NCBI GenBank assembly: GCA_016699955.1
Contig: CP064993.1
Location: 30,001 to 62,000 of the forward strand
Direction: 5' to 3'
Origin: Candidatus Saccharimonadota bacterium
Lineage (GTDB): Bacteria > Patescibacteriota > Saccharimonadia > Saccharimonadales > UBA4665
DNA: 32,000 nt
Below the pieces are notes generated by a model. It saw only the letters and a program-made list of their open reading frames with translations, did not search any database and had not been told where the DNA came from. Positions 7,986 to 16,491 of this stretch are shown here, piece by piece; positions within the stretch are counted from its first letter, which is position 1; the number at the start of each line of letters is the position of its first letter. Position numbers and translations under genes: made by a program.

Positions 7986-8747
7986 ATGAAGACAATTACA
8001 ACAAAGTCGCTGAAACAACTAAATATAGCCGCGGGGTTTCTACATCTTGCACAAGGCTTGGCGGTCTTGCTGCTAAGTAAATCCTTTGCGATACCCGTTT
8101 CTGGCAATTATCTTTCGTTTGACAAGGCCAGTGAATCGCTACTCCCCACTACAACGACCCTGTTTGACGTCCAGCTGCCCTGGCTGATTGCCTTTTTCTT
8201 TTTCTTATCCGCACTATTTCACTTTGTAATTGCCACCGTATACAACAAAACCTACACTGCCGACCTCAAGCTAGGCCTAAACAAACTTCGCTGGGTTGAG
8301 TATTCACTTTCGGCCAGCGTCATGATGGTTGCCATAAGTATGCTAGTGGGTATATATGACTTCAGTAGCCTGCTCATGATATTCGGACTTACCGCCATTA
8401 TGAACCTACTTGGGCTGGTCATGGAAGTACACAACCAGACTACAAAACGTACAAACTGGCTCAGTTTCAATCTTGGTACACTAGCCGGTTTGATACCATG
8501 GATCGTTGTTGCGTTCTACATGTGGCTGGGGGCTGCCAACGGCAGCGCCGCACCGACATTTGTATACTGGATATTCGTTTCAATTTTCATCTTCTTCAGC
8601 TGTTTCGCCGGCAATATGATTTTACAATACAAAAAAGTAGGTCTTTGGCGAGATTATATTTACGGCGAACGCGCCTACATTGTACTGAGCCTTGTAGCAA
8701 AAAGTCTGCTAGCATGGCAGGTATTTGCTGGTACGCTTCGCCCATAG
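7986..8747 (+). CDS. heliorhodopsin
   Basis: 253 aa with seven hydrophobic helices. It closely resembles the heliorhodopsin family as I remember it: NIAAGFLHLAQGLAVLLLS, LSALFHF, RWVEYSLSASVMM, GERAYIVLSLVAKSLLAWQVFAGTL, with Lys239 (8700-8702) in the last helix. The ORF-track start at 7611 runs through the tRNA and is rejected. Confidence 0.8.
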   Translation: MKTITTKSLKQLNIAAGFLHLAQGLAVLLLSKSFAIPVSGNYLSFDKASESLLPTTTTLFDVQLPWLIAFFFFLSALFHFVIATVYNKTYTADLKLGLNKLRWVEYSLSASVMMVAISMLVGIYDFSSLLMIFGLTAIMNLLGLVMEVHNQTTKRTNWLSFNLGTLAGLIPWIVVAFYMWLGAANGSAAPTFVYWIFVSIFIFFSCFAGNMILQYKKVGLWRDYIYGERAYIVLSLVAKSLLAWQVFAGTLRP

Positions 8748-8852
8748 GTTTCTACTGTCACTCACAAAACAATTTGTCATCGGTTGCATCACAGCTGCGA
8801 ATCTTTATACTGAATGTTAGGACAACAAAGCGCTGGGAGGTCGCGGCAGTGT

Positions 8853-9869
8853 ATGGTTCACAAAATAACACTTAACCCAGATGATTTATACATCGTAAGT
8901 GGTACTGTACACCCACGGCTGGCCGAAGACGCCGCTGCGGCTATGGGTCTCACGCTTGGGCCACTTACCACAAAGCGTTTTGCCAACAGTGAAATGTACG
9001 TGCAATACCGCGAATCAGTGCGCGGCAAGCACGTTATCATCATTCAGACATTTGCCAACGATTATAAACGAAACCTTTCCGTTAATGATGCACTCATGGA
9101 AACGATGCTACTTATTGATGCCGCCTACCGGTCATCCGCTCGTGAGATTACGGTAGTTATTCCCTACTTGGGCTACAGCCGTCAAGACCGCAAGGCGAAG
9201 GGTCGTGAACCAATTTCTGCAGCAGTTGTCACACACATGCTTCAAACAGCCGGCGCACATCGACTCGTTACTATTGACATGCACTCACCACAAGTCCAGG
9301 GAACGTTCCATGGACCATTTGACCATCTTGTGGCAGAACGTCTCATTCTCGAAGGACTGAAGGAGGAAATGGGCGACCGCGACCCCGAACTATTCGCCAT
9401 CGTTTCTCCTGACACCGGTCGGGCAAAAGACTCAGAACGGGCGGCCGATTTGCTCGGGATTCGTTTGCGCCATCTGCAAAAAACTCGCGACCGTCACGAC
9501 TCAAGCAAGCTCGTTCGCCCCAAACGTTTACAGGGCGTGGAGGGTCGTATATGTTTTATGACCGACGACATGATAGACACGGCCGGAACACTCATTACCG
9601 CGGCCGAAACATTGAAGAAGTCTGGTGCTACTGCCGTCATTGCCAGTGCGACGCATGCTTTACTTTCCGACCCGGCTATCGAACGGCTGCAGAGTAACGC
9701 CATAGACAAACTCATAGTCACCGACACCGTGCCTATCGACTACGCCAAAAAAGTCCTGAGCGACAAGCTCACCGTTCTCCCTGTTGCGCCCATGATTGCC
9801 GCTGCCCTCCACGAAGTTGCCACCGGCGGTTCCGTCTCCGATTTGTTCGAAGGCCGCAATTATTTTTAG
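8853..9869 (+). CDS. prs: ribose-phosphate pyrophosphokinase
   Basis: Prs motifs are present: ANSEMYVQYRESVRGKHV, YLGYSRQDRK and the PRPP loop FMTDDMIDTAGT. I start at ATG 8853, which follows GGAGG at 8836-8840. Confidence 0.9.
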   Translation: MVHKITLNPDDLYIVSGTVHPRLAEDAAAAMGLTLGPLTTKRFANSEMYVQYRESVRGKHVIIIQTFANDYKRNLSVNDALMETMLLIDAAYRSSAREITVVIPYLGYSRQDRKAKGREPISAAVVTHMLQTAGAHRLVTIDMHSPQVQGTFHGPFDHLVAERLILEGLKEEMGDRDPELFAIVSPDTGRAKDSERAADLLGIRLRHLQKTRDRHDSSKLVRPKRLQGVEGRICFMTDDMIDTAGTLITAAETLKKSGATAVIASATHALLSDPAIERLQSNAIDKLIVTDTVPIDYAKKVLSDKLTVLPVAPMIAAALHEVATGGSVSDLFEGRNYF

Positions 9870-9887
9870 GCCACCCTGCCTTGTTTA

Positions 9888-10418
9888 TTGCCAGAACTTG
9901 CAGATAAATTTAAACAGGATATCAGTATGATCCATTGTGAGTTTGAAGATTCGAGTCCCGCGCTGCTGCGTCATGTCACGGTGAATTGCCTAGTGTTAAA
10001 AAATGGAAAAATCTTACTAGGTAAGCGAGCCGCTGGCTTGCTTGAAAGTGGCAAATGGGGACCATTGGGTGGATTTATGAACCGAAACGAAACAACTGCT
10101 GAAACTGCCGAACGTGAAGTCATGGAAGAGTCTGGCTGGCGTATAAAGAACCTTCGTCTGCTTCGGATCAATGACAACCCCAACCGCCCAAATGAAGACC
10201 GACAAAACATAGATTTTGTGTACGTTGCAACTGCGGTCGAACAGACGGGTTCAAAAGACTGGGAAAATGAGGAGATTCGCTGGTTTTCGCTGACCGCCTT
10301 GCCACCATGTGAACAGATTGCATTTGACCACTATGAAAATATTGAGCTGTATAAAACTTACCTTGAGCATTCTTTCAGCCTGCCGATTGTGGGTGCTCTT
10401 CCGTCTCGTAAAGACTAA
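9888..10418 (+). CDS. NUDIX hydrolase
   Basis: It carries the Nudix box GGFMNRNETTAETAEREVMEESG. The start is uncertain, either TTG 9888 or ATG 9927. Confidence 0.8.
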   Translation: MPELADKFKQDISMIHCEFEDSSPALLRHVTVNCLVLKNGKILLGKRAAGLLESGKWGPLGGFMNRNETTAETAEREVMEESGWRIKNLRLLRINDNPNRPNEDRQNIDFVYVATAVEQTGSKDWENEEIRWFSLTALPPCEQIAFDHYENIELYKTYLEHSFSLPIVGALPSRKD

Positions 10419-10433
10419 ACTCGACATACCTAA

Positions 10434-10472
10434 AAACACCCCTCGTAATTTTACTTGGGGGGATGTTTTCTG
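10434..10472 (+). terminator. intrinsic terminator-like hairpin
   Basis: AAACACCCC-tcgtaattttactt-GGGGGGATGTTTT. It is homologous to the hairpin at 11286-11317. Confidence 0.55.
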
Positions 10473-10528
10473 AACAACCAGCAGACAAACTAGGCAGACA
10501 AACCCAGCAGGCTTGCCTCTCACTCTCT

Positions 10529-10614
10529 CACGCATATCGCACCAGACAGCCCGCTCGGCCGGCAGAGCCGAGAAGCACTACTGGCTATTTTACTCTACTT
10601 ATGCGAAATGCTTG
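10529..10614. mobile_element. miniature (86-bp) derivative of the IS at 30786-31870
   Basis: The ends are CACGCATATCGCAC (10529-10542) and ATGCGAAATGCTTG (10601-10614), an imperfect inverted repeat like the IS termini. The interior aligns well with the reverse complement of 14060-14131. Confidence 0.55.
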
Positions 10615-10698
10615 GCTCTCAGAGTTTTCTCATACAGCATGAGTACACTGACCTTACTATCTGCAGCATAGTACCATCAACGTAAACAAGGAAAGCCT

Positions 10699-11268
10699 AT
10701 GAAAAAAACTATTATCGCGGCAAGTATTGCCACTGTTATCGCAGCAACCGGTGTAGCCGGGCTGGCTAGCGCAGCTACCCAAAACGGTACTGGCTCAATG
10801 CCTAGGTCAAGTCTGGCAGGCGCAATCGCAAAAAAATTTAATCTACAAGAAAGTGATGTACAATCGGTTGTCGATGCTGACCGAGTTCAAATGCAAGCGC
10901 AGCGCGAGACAGAAGCAAAAGAGAAGCTCACCCAGCTCGTCAAAGACGGCAAGCTCACTCAAGCGCAGGCTGACCTCATCAACGCAAAACGCGCTGAGCT
11001 ACAAAAAAGCCGTGAGGCAAACCACGCAAGCATGGTTAGCAAAACTGACGCCGAGCGTAAAGCAACGATGGACGCCGAAAGAACAGCATTAGACAAATGG
11101 CTTGCGGATAACAACATCCCGACCGACTATCGCTATCTCGTGCTCGGCGGCTGGCGTGGTCATGGTAGCCATAGTGAATCTGGTGCCCCGCGTGATGGCC
11201 AACGAAACGGTGCTAAACTCGGTTACGGCTCCACCTCGGCTGGTTCCAAAACAACAGACAACCAATAG
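10699..11268 (+). CDS. secreted hypothetical protein (signal peptide plus helical, charged region)
   Basis: It starts MKKTIIAASIATVIAATGVAGLASAAT, preceded by the SD AAGGAAAG. I recognise no family. Confidence 0.6.
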   Translation: MKKTIIAASIATVIAATGVAGLASAATQNGTGSMPRSSLAGAIAKKFNLQESDVQSVVDADRVQMQAQRETEAKEKLTQLVKDGKLTQAQADLINAKRAELQKSREANHASMVSKTDAERKATMDAERTALDKWLADNNIPTDYRYLVLGGWRGHGSHSESGAPRDGQRNGAKLGYGSTSAGSKTTDNQ

Positions 11269-11285
11269 TTTCACCGTGTAGCCCA

Positions 11286-11317
11286 AAACACCCCCAGTAA
11301 TTTTAACGGGGGTGTTT
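11286..11317 (+). terminator. intrinsic terminator-like hairpin
   Basis: A perfect 10-bp stem pairs AAACACCCCC with GGGGGTGTTT around the loop agtaattttaac. Confidence 0.6.
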
Positions 11318-11326
11318 GCTAATTTC

Positions 11327-11345
11327 TCAGGTATAATTCAGGTAT
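11327..11345 (+). promoter_or_regulatory. direct repeats TCAGGTAT x2 at 11-bp spacing, overlapping a TATAAT box
   Basis: TCAGGTAT occurs at 11327-11334 and 11338-11345, and TATAAT at 11332-11337. They lie about 25 bp upstream of the response-regulator gene. Confidence 0.35.
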
Positions 11346-11366
11346 GGTTTTTACACTAGAGGGTCT

Positions 11367-12047
11367 ATGAAACTACTACTCATCGAAGACGAACCCAAGA
11401 TTGCCCATGCTTTAAGGCGCGGGTTAGAACAGGAACATTCAACGGTTGAGGTTTGCTCTGACGGTCCAAACGGGCTTGCCGCAGCACTCGGTGATGAGTA
11501 CGATGCTATCATTCTTGACCGCATGCTGCCTGGCGGAATGGACGGCCTAGAAATCTGTGAAAAAATCCGTTCCCAAGGCGTAAAAACACCAGTTCTTATG
11601 CTGACAGCTCGCGGCCAAGTTCACGACCGTGTCAACGGGCTCAACGCCGGGGCGGACGACTATTTAGTGAAGCCTTTTTCTTTTGAGGAGCTCCTGGCAC
11701 GCCTTCATGCACTCACTCGCCGCCCACATGATGTTAAAAACAGTCTGCTAGCCGCTGGCGATCTTAGACTAGACACCGTAAGCTACGATGTTCGTAGAGC
11801 CAACAAACCAATTACCCTATCGCAAACAGAATATGCGCTGCTTGAGTATTTACTTCGCAATAAAGACCGTGTGCTTTCAAAAGATAACATCATTAACCAC
11901 GTTTGGGATTTCGACGCAGACATCTTGCCAAATACAGTCGAGGCGTACATTGGATACTTGCGCAACAAAGTCGACAAGCCCTTCAAAACAAAACCCCTTA
12001 TACATACCGTGCGGGGGTTCGGCTATAAACTTAGCGAGCTCATATGA
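11367..12047 (+). CDS. OmpR/PhoB-family response regulator
   Basis: The receiver domain (LLIEDE...ILDRMLPGMDG...LTA...KPF) is followed by a winged-helix C-terminus (LSQTEYALLEYLL...TVRGFGYKL). Confidence 0.9.
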   Translation: MKLLLIEDEPKIAHALRRGLEQEHSTVEVCSDGPNGLAAALGDEYDAIILDRMLPGGMDGLEICEKIRSQGVKTPVLMLTARGQVHDRVNGLNAGADDYLVKPFSFEELLARLHALTRRPHDVKNSLLAAGDLRLDTVSYDVRRANKPITLSQTEYALLEYLLRNKDRVLSKDNIINHVWDFDADILPNTVEAYIGYLRNKVDKPFKTKPLIHTVRGFGYKLSELI

Positions 12048-13042
12048 GACATCCGCTGTTCCACTCGGCTACACTTCGTTTGACAGCGTGGTATACGCTG
12101 ATTTTGCTTTTCATTAGCATCGTCTTTAGCTTAATTCTCTTACAGCTCTCTACCCACGAGCTTGGTCGTAGTTACCGGCTGCCCCGCCCCGGCGAAATGC
12201 AGCAAGGACGGCTTGACGATGACTTTCGCGCCTGGCGAGAAGAACGACTAAGTGAAAGTCGGCAGCGCCTGGTAGGCCAACTCGTCCTATTTAACCTCGC
12301 AGTTTTAACATCTGGCGCGCTTGGTAGCTACATTCTGGCACGGCGCACACTACAGCCGGTGGAGGATGCACTCGAAGCACAAACTCGCTTTAGTAGTGAT
12401 GCTGCGCATGAACTTCGCACCCCACTCACCATTATGCAATCAGAAATAGAAGTTAGCTTACGAAGTAAAAACGCAACTAAACAATCTCGTGAGGCACTTT
12501 TACGCAGCAGCTTGGACGAAGTTCAGCACATGCGCACCCTAACCGACCGGCTTCTGTTACTCGCCGATAATAACGACATGCCCCTGGCCCCAAATTTATT
12601 GGAGCCCATTGCTATCGAAGCCGTCAACCGCGTGATTCCACTGGCGCAAGCTAAAAAAATTAGCGTAGACAATAGTGTCGGCGCAATAACCGTGATTGGC
12701 AACGCCGAAAGCCTTACCGATACCCTCATAATACTGCTCGAAAATGCCATAAAATACAGCCCCCCGAAGTCAAAAATTATTCTCAGCGCCAGTGCAAAAA
12801 CAAAGCATGCCGAAATTTGCGTCAGTGACAACGGCTCCGGCATTGCGCCAAAAGACCTACCATACATTTTTGACCGCTTCTACCGCGCCGATACCTCACG
12901 CAGCAGCCAAAATGTCGCCGGCCACGGTTTGGGTCTATCCATTGCTAAACAAATCATAAATGCCCACAATGGTCACATTTCTGCACATAGCAATCCTCGC
13001 GCCAAAGGCACATCGTTCACCATTTCCATCCCTCTCGCTTAA
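12044..13042 (+). CDS. sensor histidine kinase
   Basis: It has two TM segments, the H-box FSSDAAHELRTPLT, and N/G boxes (LLENAIKYS, DNGSGI, GHGLGLSI). Its ATGA start overlaps the regulator's stop. Confidence 0.9.
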   Translation: MRHPLFHSATLRLTAWYTLILLFISIVFSLILLQLSTHELGRSYRLPRPGEMQQGRLDDDFRAWREERLSESRQRLVGQLVLFNLAVLTSGALGSYILARRTLQPVEDALEAQTRFSSDAAHELRTPLTIMQSEIEVSLRSKNATKQSREALLRSSLDEVQHMRTLTDRLLLLADNNDMPLAPNLLEPIAIEAVNRVIPLAQAKKISVDNSVGAITVIGNAESLTDTLIILLENAIKYSPPKSKIILSASAKTKHAEICVSDNGSGIAPKDLPYIFDRFYRADTSRSSQNVAGHGLGLSIAKQIINAHNGHISAHSNPRAKGTSFTISIPLA

Positions 13043-13076
13043 CCCGGCTTACTCTGTAACGTGGTATACTAATGTA

Positions 13077-13946
13077 ATGAAACAAGCAATTCGTCTCTCG
13101 CTGCTTGTAGCGTTGGCTGTGGTTTTGACCGCTTCACCGGCGTTTGCAGCGAGCAAACCATCTTCACCACGTACCGTTTCGCCACTGGGTATAGACATAT
13201 CTTATCCACAGTGCAAAAAGACTGTCCCGAGCAGCCAGGCTTTTGGCATTGTCGGGGTCAATGGAGGCACGGCTGCTAAGCCAAACCCCTGCCTCGCCAA
13301 ACAACTAACCTGGGCAAGTAAATCGACCGGCTATGGCAGTCAAGACAAGATACAGCTCTACGTCAACACCGCCAGCCCCGGCAGCTACATTAGCAGCATC
13401 GACACTTGGCCGACAAGCAATGCCGACCCAAGTAACTTTACACCATTTAACCCATACGGGTCATGCCTTGGTACGGACACTACTGCTTGCGCCTGGCAGT
13501 ACGGCTGGAACCGTGCTTACGCGGCAGTAAATGAATACTTTACGCCCGCCGCCAAACAGGCTGGCATAGACCACGACTCATCGAAATACGTTTGGTGGCT
13601 CGACGTTGAAACGATTAACACATGGCACGACGGGTCTGAATTTGAAGGTTTTGAAAAAAATGTTGCTTCGCTCGAAGGCATGACAAGCTACTACGACGCT
13701 ATCGGTGCGAAGGCTGTCGGGCTTTATTCAACAAATTACCAATGGGGGCTAATTGTCGGTGACGCTGTAGGCGAAACAAGTGTTCTGCAGAACCGTAACA
13801 CCTGGTATGCACTTGGTAGCGCCACAAAAGAAACTGCCAAAGCCGCCTGCACGAGCGACAAATACCATCCCCTGACTAAATCCAGCGCCATTGTCCTCAC
13901 CCAATTTGTGGCGAACAACCTCGACTACAACCACTCCTGCGTGTAA
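13077..13946 (+). CDS. secreted protein, possibly GH25/DUF1906-like glycoside-hydrolase fold
   Basis: A signal peptide (MKQAIRLSLLVALAVVLTASPAFA) is followed by GIDISYPQC...FGIVGVNGG...WWLDVE, which resembles lysozyme-like TIM-barrel families. The family call is tentative. The ORF-track start at 12960 overlaps the kinase gene and is rejected. Confidence 0.55.
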   Translation: MKQAIRLSLLVALAVVLTASPAFAASKPSSPRTVSPLGIDISYPQCKKTVPSSQAFGIVGVNGGTAAKPNPCLAKQLTWASKSTGYGSQDKIQLYVNTASPGSYISSIDTWPTSNADPSNFTPFNPYGSCLGTDTTACAWQYGWNRAYAAVNEYFTPAAKQAGIDHDSSKYVWWLDVETINTWHDGSEFEGFEKNVASLEGMTSYYDAIGAKAVGLYSTNYQWGLIVGDAVGETSVLQNRNTWYALGSATKETAKAACTSDKYHPLTKSSAIVLTQFVANNLDYNHSCV

Positions 13947-13959
13947 TCATTTCAATAAC

Positions 13960-14131
13960 CACGCATTTCGCACTTTAAAGCTTATGTGCATTTTCTCCTC
14001 GAAGCACGGAAGGAGCCGTACTAAGGTACGGCGAGAGAGTACTAAGAAAGGAAAAATGTGCAGGAGCTTAAAGAAGCCAGCAGTGCTTGACGGCTCTGCC
14101 GGCGAGCAGGCTGGCTGTTGCGATATGCGTG
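13960..14131. mobile_element. MITE-like derivative or solo end of the IS at 30786-31870
   Basis: CACGCATTTCGCACTTTAA (13960-13978) is identical to the IS left end at 30786-30804. The opposite end TTGCGATATGCGTG (14118-14131) is an imperfect inverted copy. I see no clear target duplication. Confidence 0.55.
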
Positions 14132-14151
14132 GAAGGATGTAAACTAATCCC

Positions 14152-15003
14152 ATGACTTGGCAAGTATACATTGCTGTTTCTGTCTTATTGCTTTCGGTAG
14201 CCATATTGTTGCAGAGAGTTATTTTGCGCAAACACACTGTAGATGCTGTGGCATTTGCAGGAACTTTTCAGTTGCTCGTTGCCGTCGTAATGCTTCCGTG
14301 GGCGCTCCTAAACGGACTCTCCTTTGAGGGGTACTCCTCACAATTAGTACCAATAATACTTGCGACGCTCGGCTTCGGCATAGGCTCGGTTGTTTACGCA
14401 CAGACGCTCAAACACGTTGATGCATCTGCCTTTTCGGTGCTGTTTGCGACGCAGGCAATATGGATTATGGTCGCCGGTATGTGGCTCTACCACGAGAAGC
14501 TGACTTGGCCACAGGCAGTCGGTGCCTTGTTTATTTTTGGCAGCGTTGTTTTGCTAACAGAAACGCGGAAAGGATTTCGCAGCCAGCGAGGTCTATTGCT
14601 TGGGTTACTCACCGGTTTGTTGTTTGGTATTGGCATTGCTGCTTCCGCCTACATGGTACGTGAAGTTGAACCAATTACGTGGATTTGGTTTTCGTTTATT
14701 TTGGGTGGCCTAGGCTCACTGCTGGTAAAACCAAGTAAAATTCCTCTCTGTAATAAACTCATCCGCGGTAAAATATTCCGCAGCATGCTAGTTCTTTCTG
14801 CCATATACGCACTAGGAACTGCTGCCATGAACTACGCGTATATTGAGGGTCCTTTTAGCCTTGTCGCTCCTATTCGCCAGACGGGTATCATCGTCACCGC
14901 CTTGCTCGCCTTTGCCTTTTTGCGCGATGAACGTAATAACATTGCCCGTAAGCTCGTCGCCGTCGCTATCTGCACCACCGGTGTTGTTCTTCTAGTGGTA
15001 TAA
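14152..15003 (+). CDS. EamA/DMT-family transporter
   Basis: 283 aa with about 10 hydrophobic helices in two similar halves, typical of the drug/metabolite transporter superfamily. Confidence 0.8.
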   Translation: MTWQVYIAVSVLLLSVAILLQRVILRKHTVDAVAFAGTFQLLVAVVMLPWALLNGLSFEGYSSQLVPIILATLGFGIGSVVYAQTLKHVDASAFSVLFATQAIWIMVAGMWLYHEKLTWPQAVGALFIFGSVVLLTETRKGFRSQRGLLLGLLTGLLFGIGIAASAYMVREVEPITWIWFSFILGGLGSLLVKPSKIPLCNKLIRGKIFRSMLVLSAIYALGTAAMNYAYIEGPFSLVAPIRQTGIIVTALLAFAFLRDERNNIARKLVAVAICTTGVVLLVV

Positions 15004-15033
15004 CCTCAAATCTGTTATACTGAACGGTGTTAT

Positions 15034-15110
15034 GCGCCCGTAGCTCAGTGGATTAGAGTACTTGGCTTCGAACCAAGGGGTCGTAGGTTCAAATCCTGCC
15101 GGGCGTACCA
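15034..15110 (+). tRNA. tRNA-Arg (anticodon UCG), CCA encoded
   Basis: Cloverleaf: GCGCCCG/CGGGCGT acceptor, CTTGG-CTTCGAA-CCAAG anticodon arm, GTAGG-TTCAAAT-CCTGC T-arm. Confidence 0.9.
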
Positions 15111-16288
15111 TAAGGTTTTTCTGCTTCTTTCTGTGATTTTATTTTCTAGGAAGAAGTTTTCTATATCTGTAATTGGTTCGAAAATCAGGCTAAGTTCAGT
15201 GGTTCGAAAAGTACGGTCTGAATTTACAAAGATTCCATGCTGGAAAACCATTTTTTGGAACCGCTGCCTGTCTTCCAGATGTGAGCCAGTCCAAAGCCTT
15301 TGAGTATTGGATATGAACCGCACGGCTTCATCAGCAATGCCTTCCTTGTTCTGCTCGGTAATTTTCAGCTTGCTACGCTCATCCTCAAGCTCCAAGCGTT
15401 TTAGCATTATTCGCTCTTCCTGCTGCTGGTAGATGTCTTCGGCGATTCTATCGTCCACAAACTTATCAATAAGCTTATTCTTCCTGTCCTCCAATTCCGT
15501 CAGCTCCCTATCCACCCTGCGACGCCGGTCTTGCACCTCCCTGAACTCGTGATTCCACCTGCGGAGCACAATCTCCCTAAACGCCTTAGAAATCCAGGCT
15601 GCTGGCTGCACCAAGTTCAATAACGGCTCGAACTCGACATGTGGTGCCTGCTCCTGGGATATGCGAACGGTGGCTCCAACAGTTTTCTTGGTACATTTGG
15701 AACAATGATAGGCAGGGTAGCTGCCATTCCTGCCTTTGGAAACGCTTGCAGTCAGAGGGTATTCGCACAAACCACACTTCAAGTATCGCCGTAGTGGAAA
15801 TGTAGTATTACGCCTTTTTTCTGGTGCTACATTCCGCTTTTTGCCAGCCAGCTTCCTAAACTCTTCCACACTGATAATCGTCTGCTCGTTCATGGTTGCC
15901 GCTTTAATACAGCCACAAAATCAGTCAGAAACTGCTGCGGAGTTGGCAAGGAAAAACGCACCGTTAGCTAGTCGTCTGCGGGGTTCGAAAGAGTTGATTC
16001 GTACTTGACTAAATACTTGTTGAGCTTGCGTATGAGGTGCCGACTCTGTGAGTTTTCCAGGTCATTTAGATTGCTGCGAATTATCCATATAAGCTGTTTG
16101 CGTGCCAGCTGCACAACGCTCTTGATGCCGATATGTTCTTTCTCGGAGACAATTGCGAACCTCTCTTTGATTGCACCCTTGAGAAACGACTTCGTATAAA
16201 ACTCGTGCAGCTTCGTTGTGCTGGCAGGGACAACTTTCTTTGCCTTGAGGTCATCAATTGTATGCACCATGTCAGTGTTTTGGAGCAA
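15045..16288 (-). pseudogene. large serine recombinase remnant (recombinase domain, zinc ribbon and coiled coil; catalytic N-terminal domain missing)
   Basis: ORF 15045-15893 carries a zinc ribbon (KCGLCEYPL...YHCSKC) and a long coiled coil. The upstream piece (15968-16288) is in another frame and resembles the recombinase domain. I see no resolvase-type N-terminal domain. The last about 22 codons are the antisense of the tRNA-Arg. Confidence 0.6.
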
Positions 16289-16412
16289 AAACTTGAAGAA
16301 TATGTATCTGCTACTGCCCGTTCCATCAAATCGGTACAGCAGTTCATTGCCACCGTTCCATTACTGCCACGCACGACAAGCACTGCCTGTGCAAAACTAC
16401 CTTAATTATAAT

Positions 16413-16464
16413 TAGTACTTCACAGAGTACCAATAAGGGTATATATTAGTACATTGTAGAGTAC
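16413..16464 (+). promoter_or_regulatory. duplicated 18-bp motif TAGTAC-N8-GTAC, candidate operator/promoter of the ATPase operon
   Basis: TAGTACttcacagaGTAC (16413-16430) and TAGTACattgtagaGTAC (16447-16464) lie 34 bp apart. An AT-rich TATATAT sits between them, and the SD AAGGAGG is at 16481-16487. Confidence 0.4.
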
Positions 16465-16491
16465 TAGAAATTCTTATGCTAAGGAGGTGTT

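Noticed and set aside
10251-10535. 94-aa minus-strand ORF
   Set aside because: It spans the NUDIX 3' end, a terminator hairpin and the MITE end, so it is an unlikely coding region.
12960-13076. Upstream extension of ORF 12960-13946 overlapping the histidine kinase gene
   Set aside because: The extension is read in another frame of the kinase's conserved C-terminus. A canonical signal peptide begins at ATG 13077.
13891-14237. ORFs 13891-14142 (+) and 13947-14237 (-)
   Set aside because: They lie across the MITE-like element and the intergenic spacer. Composition is odd (Arg/Cys-rich), there is no SD, and they overlap real genes at both ends.
15174-15210. Two copies of TGGTTCGAAAA 26 bp apart, echoing the tRNA-Arg anticodon-arm palindrome (CTTCGAACCAA)
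   Set aside because: They are short and built around the self-complementary TTCGAA. They also lie inside the recombinase coding remnant. This is too weak to call attachment-site remnants.
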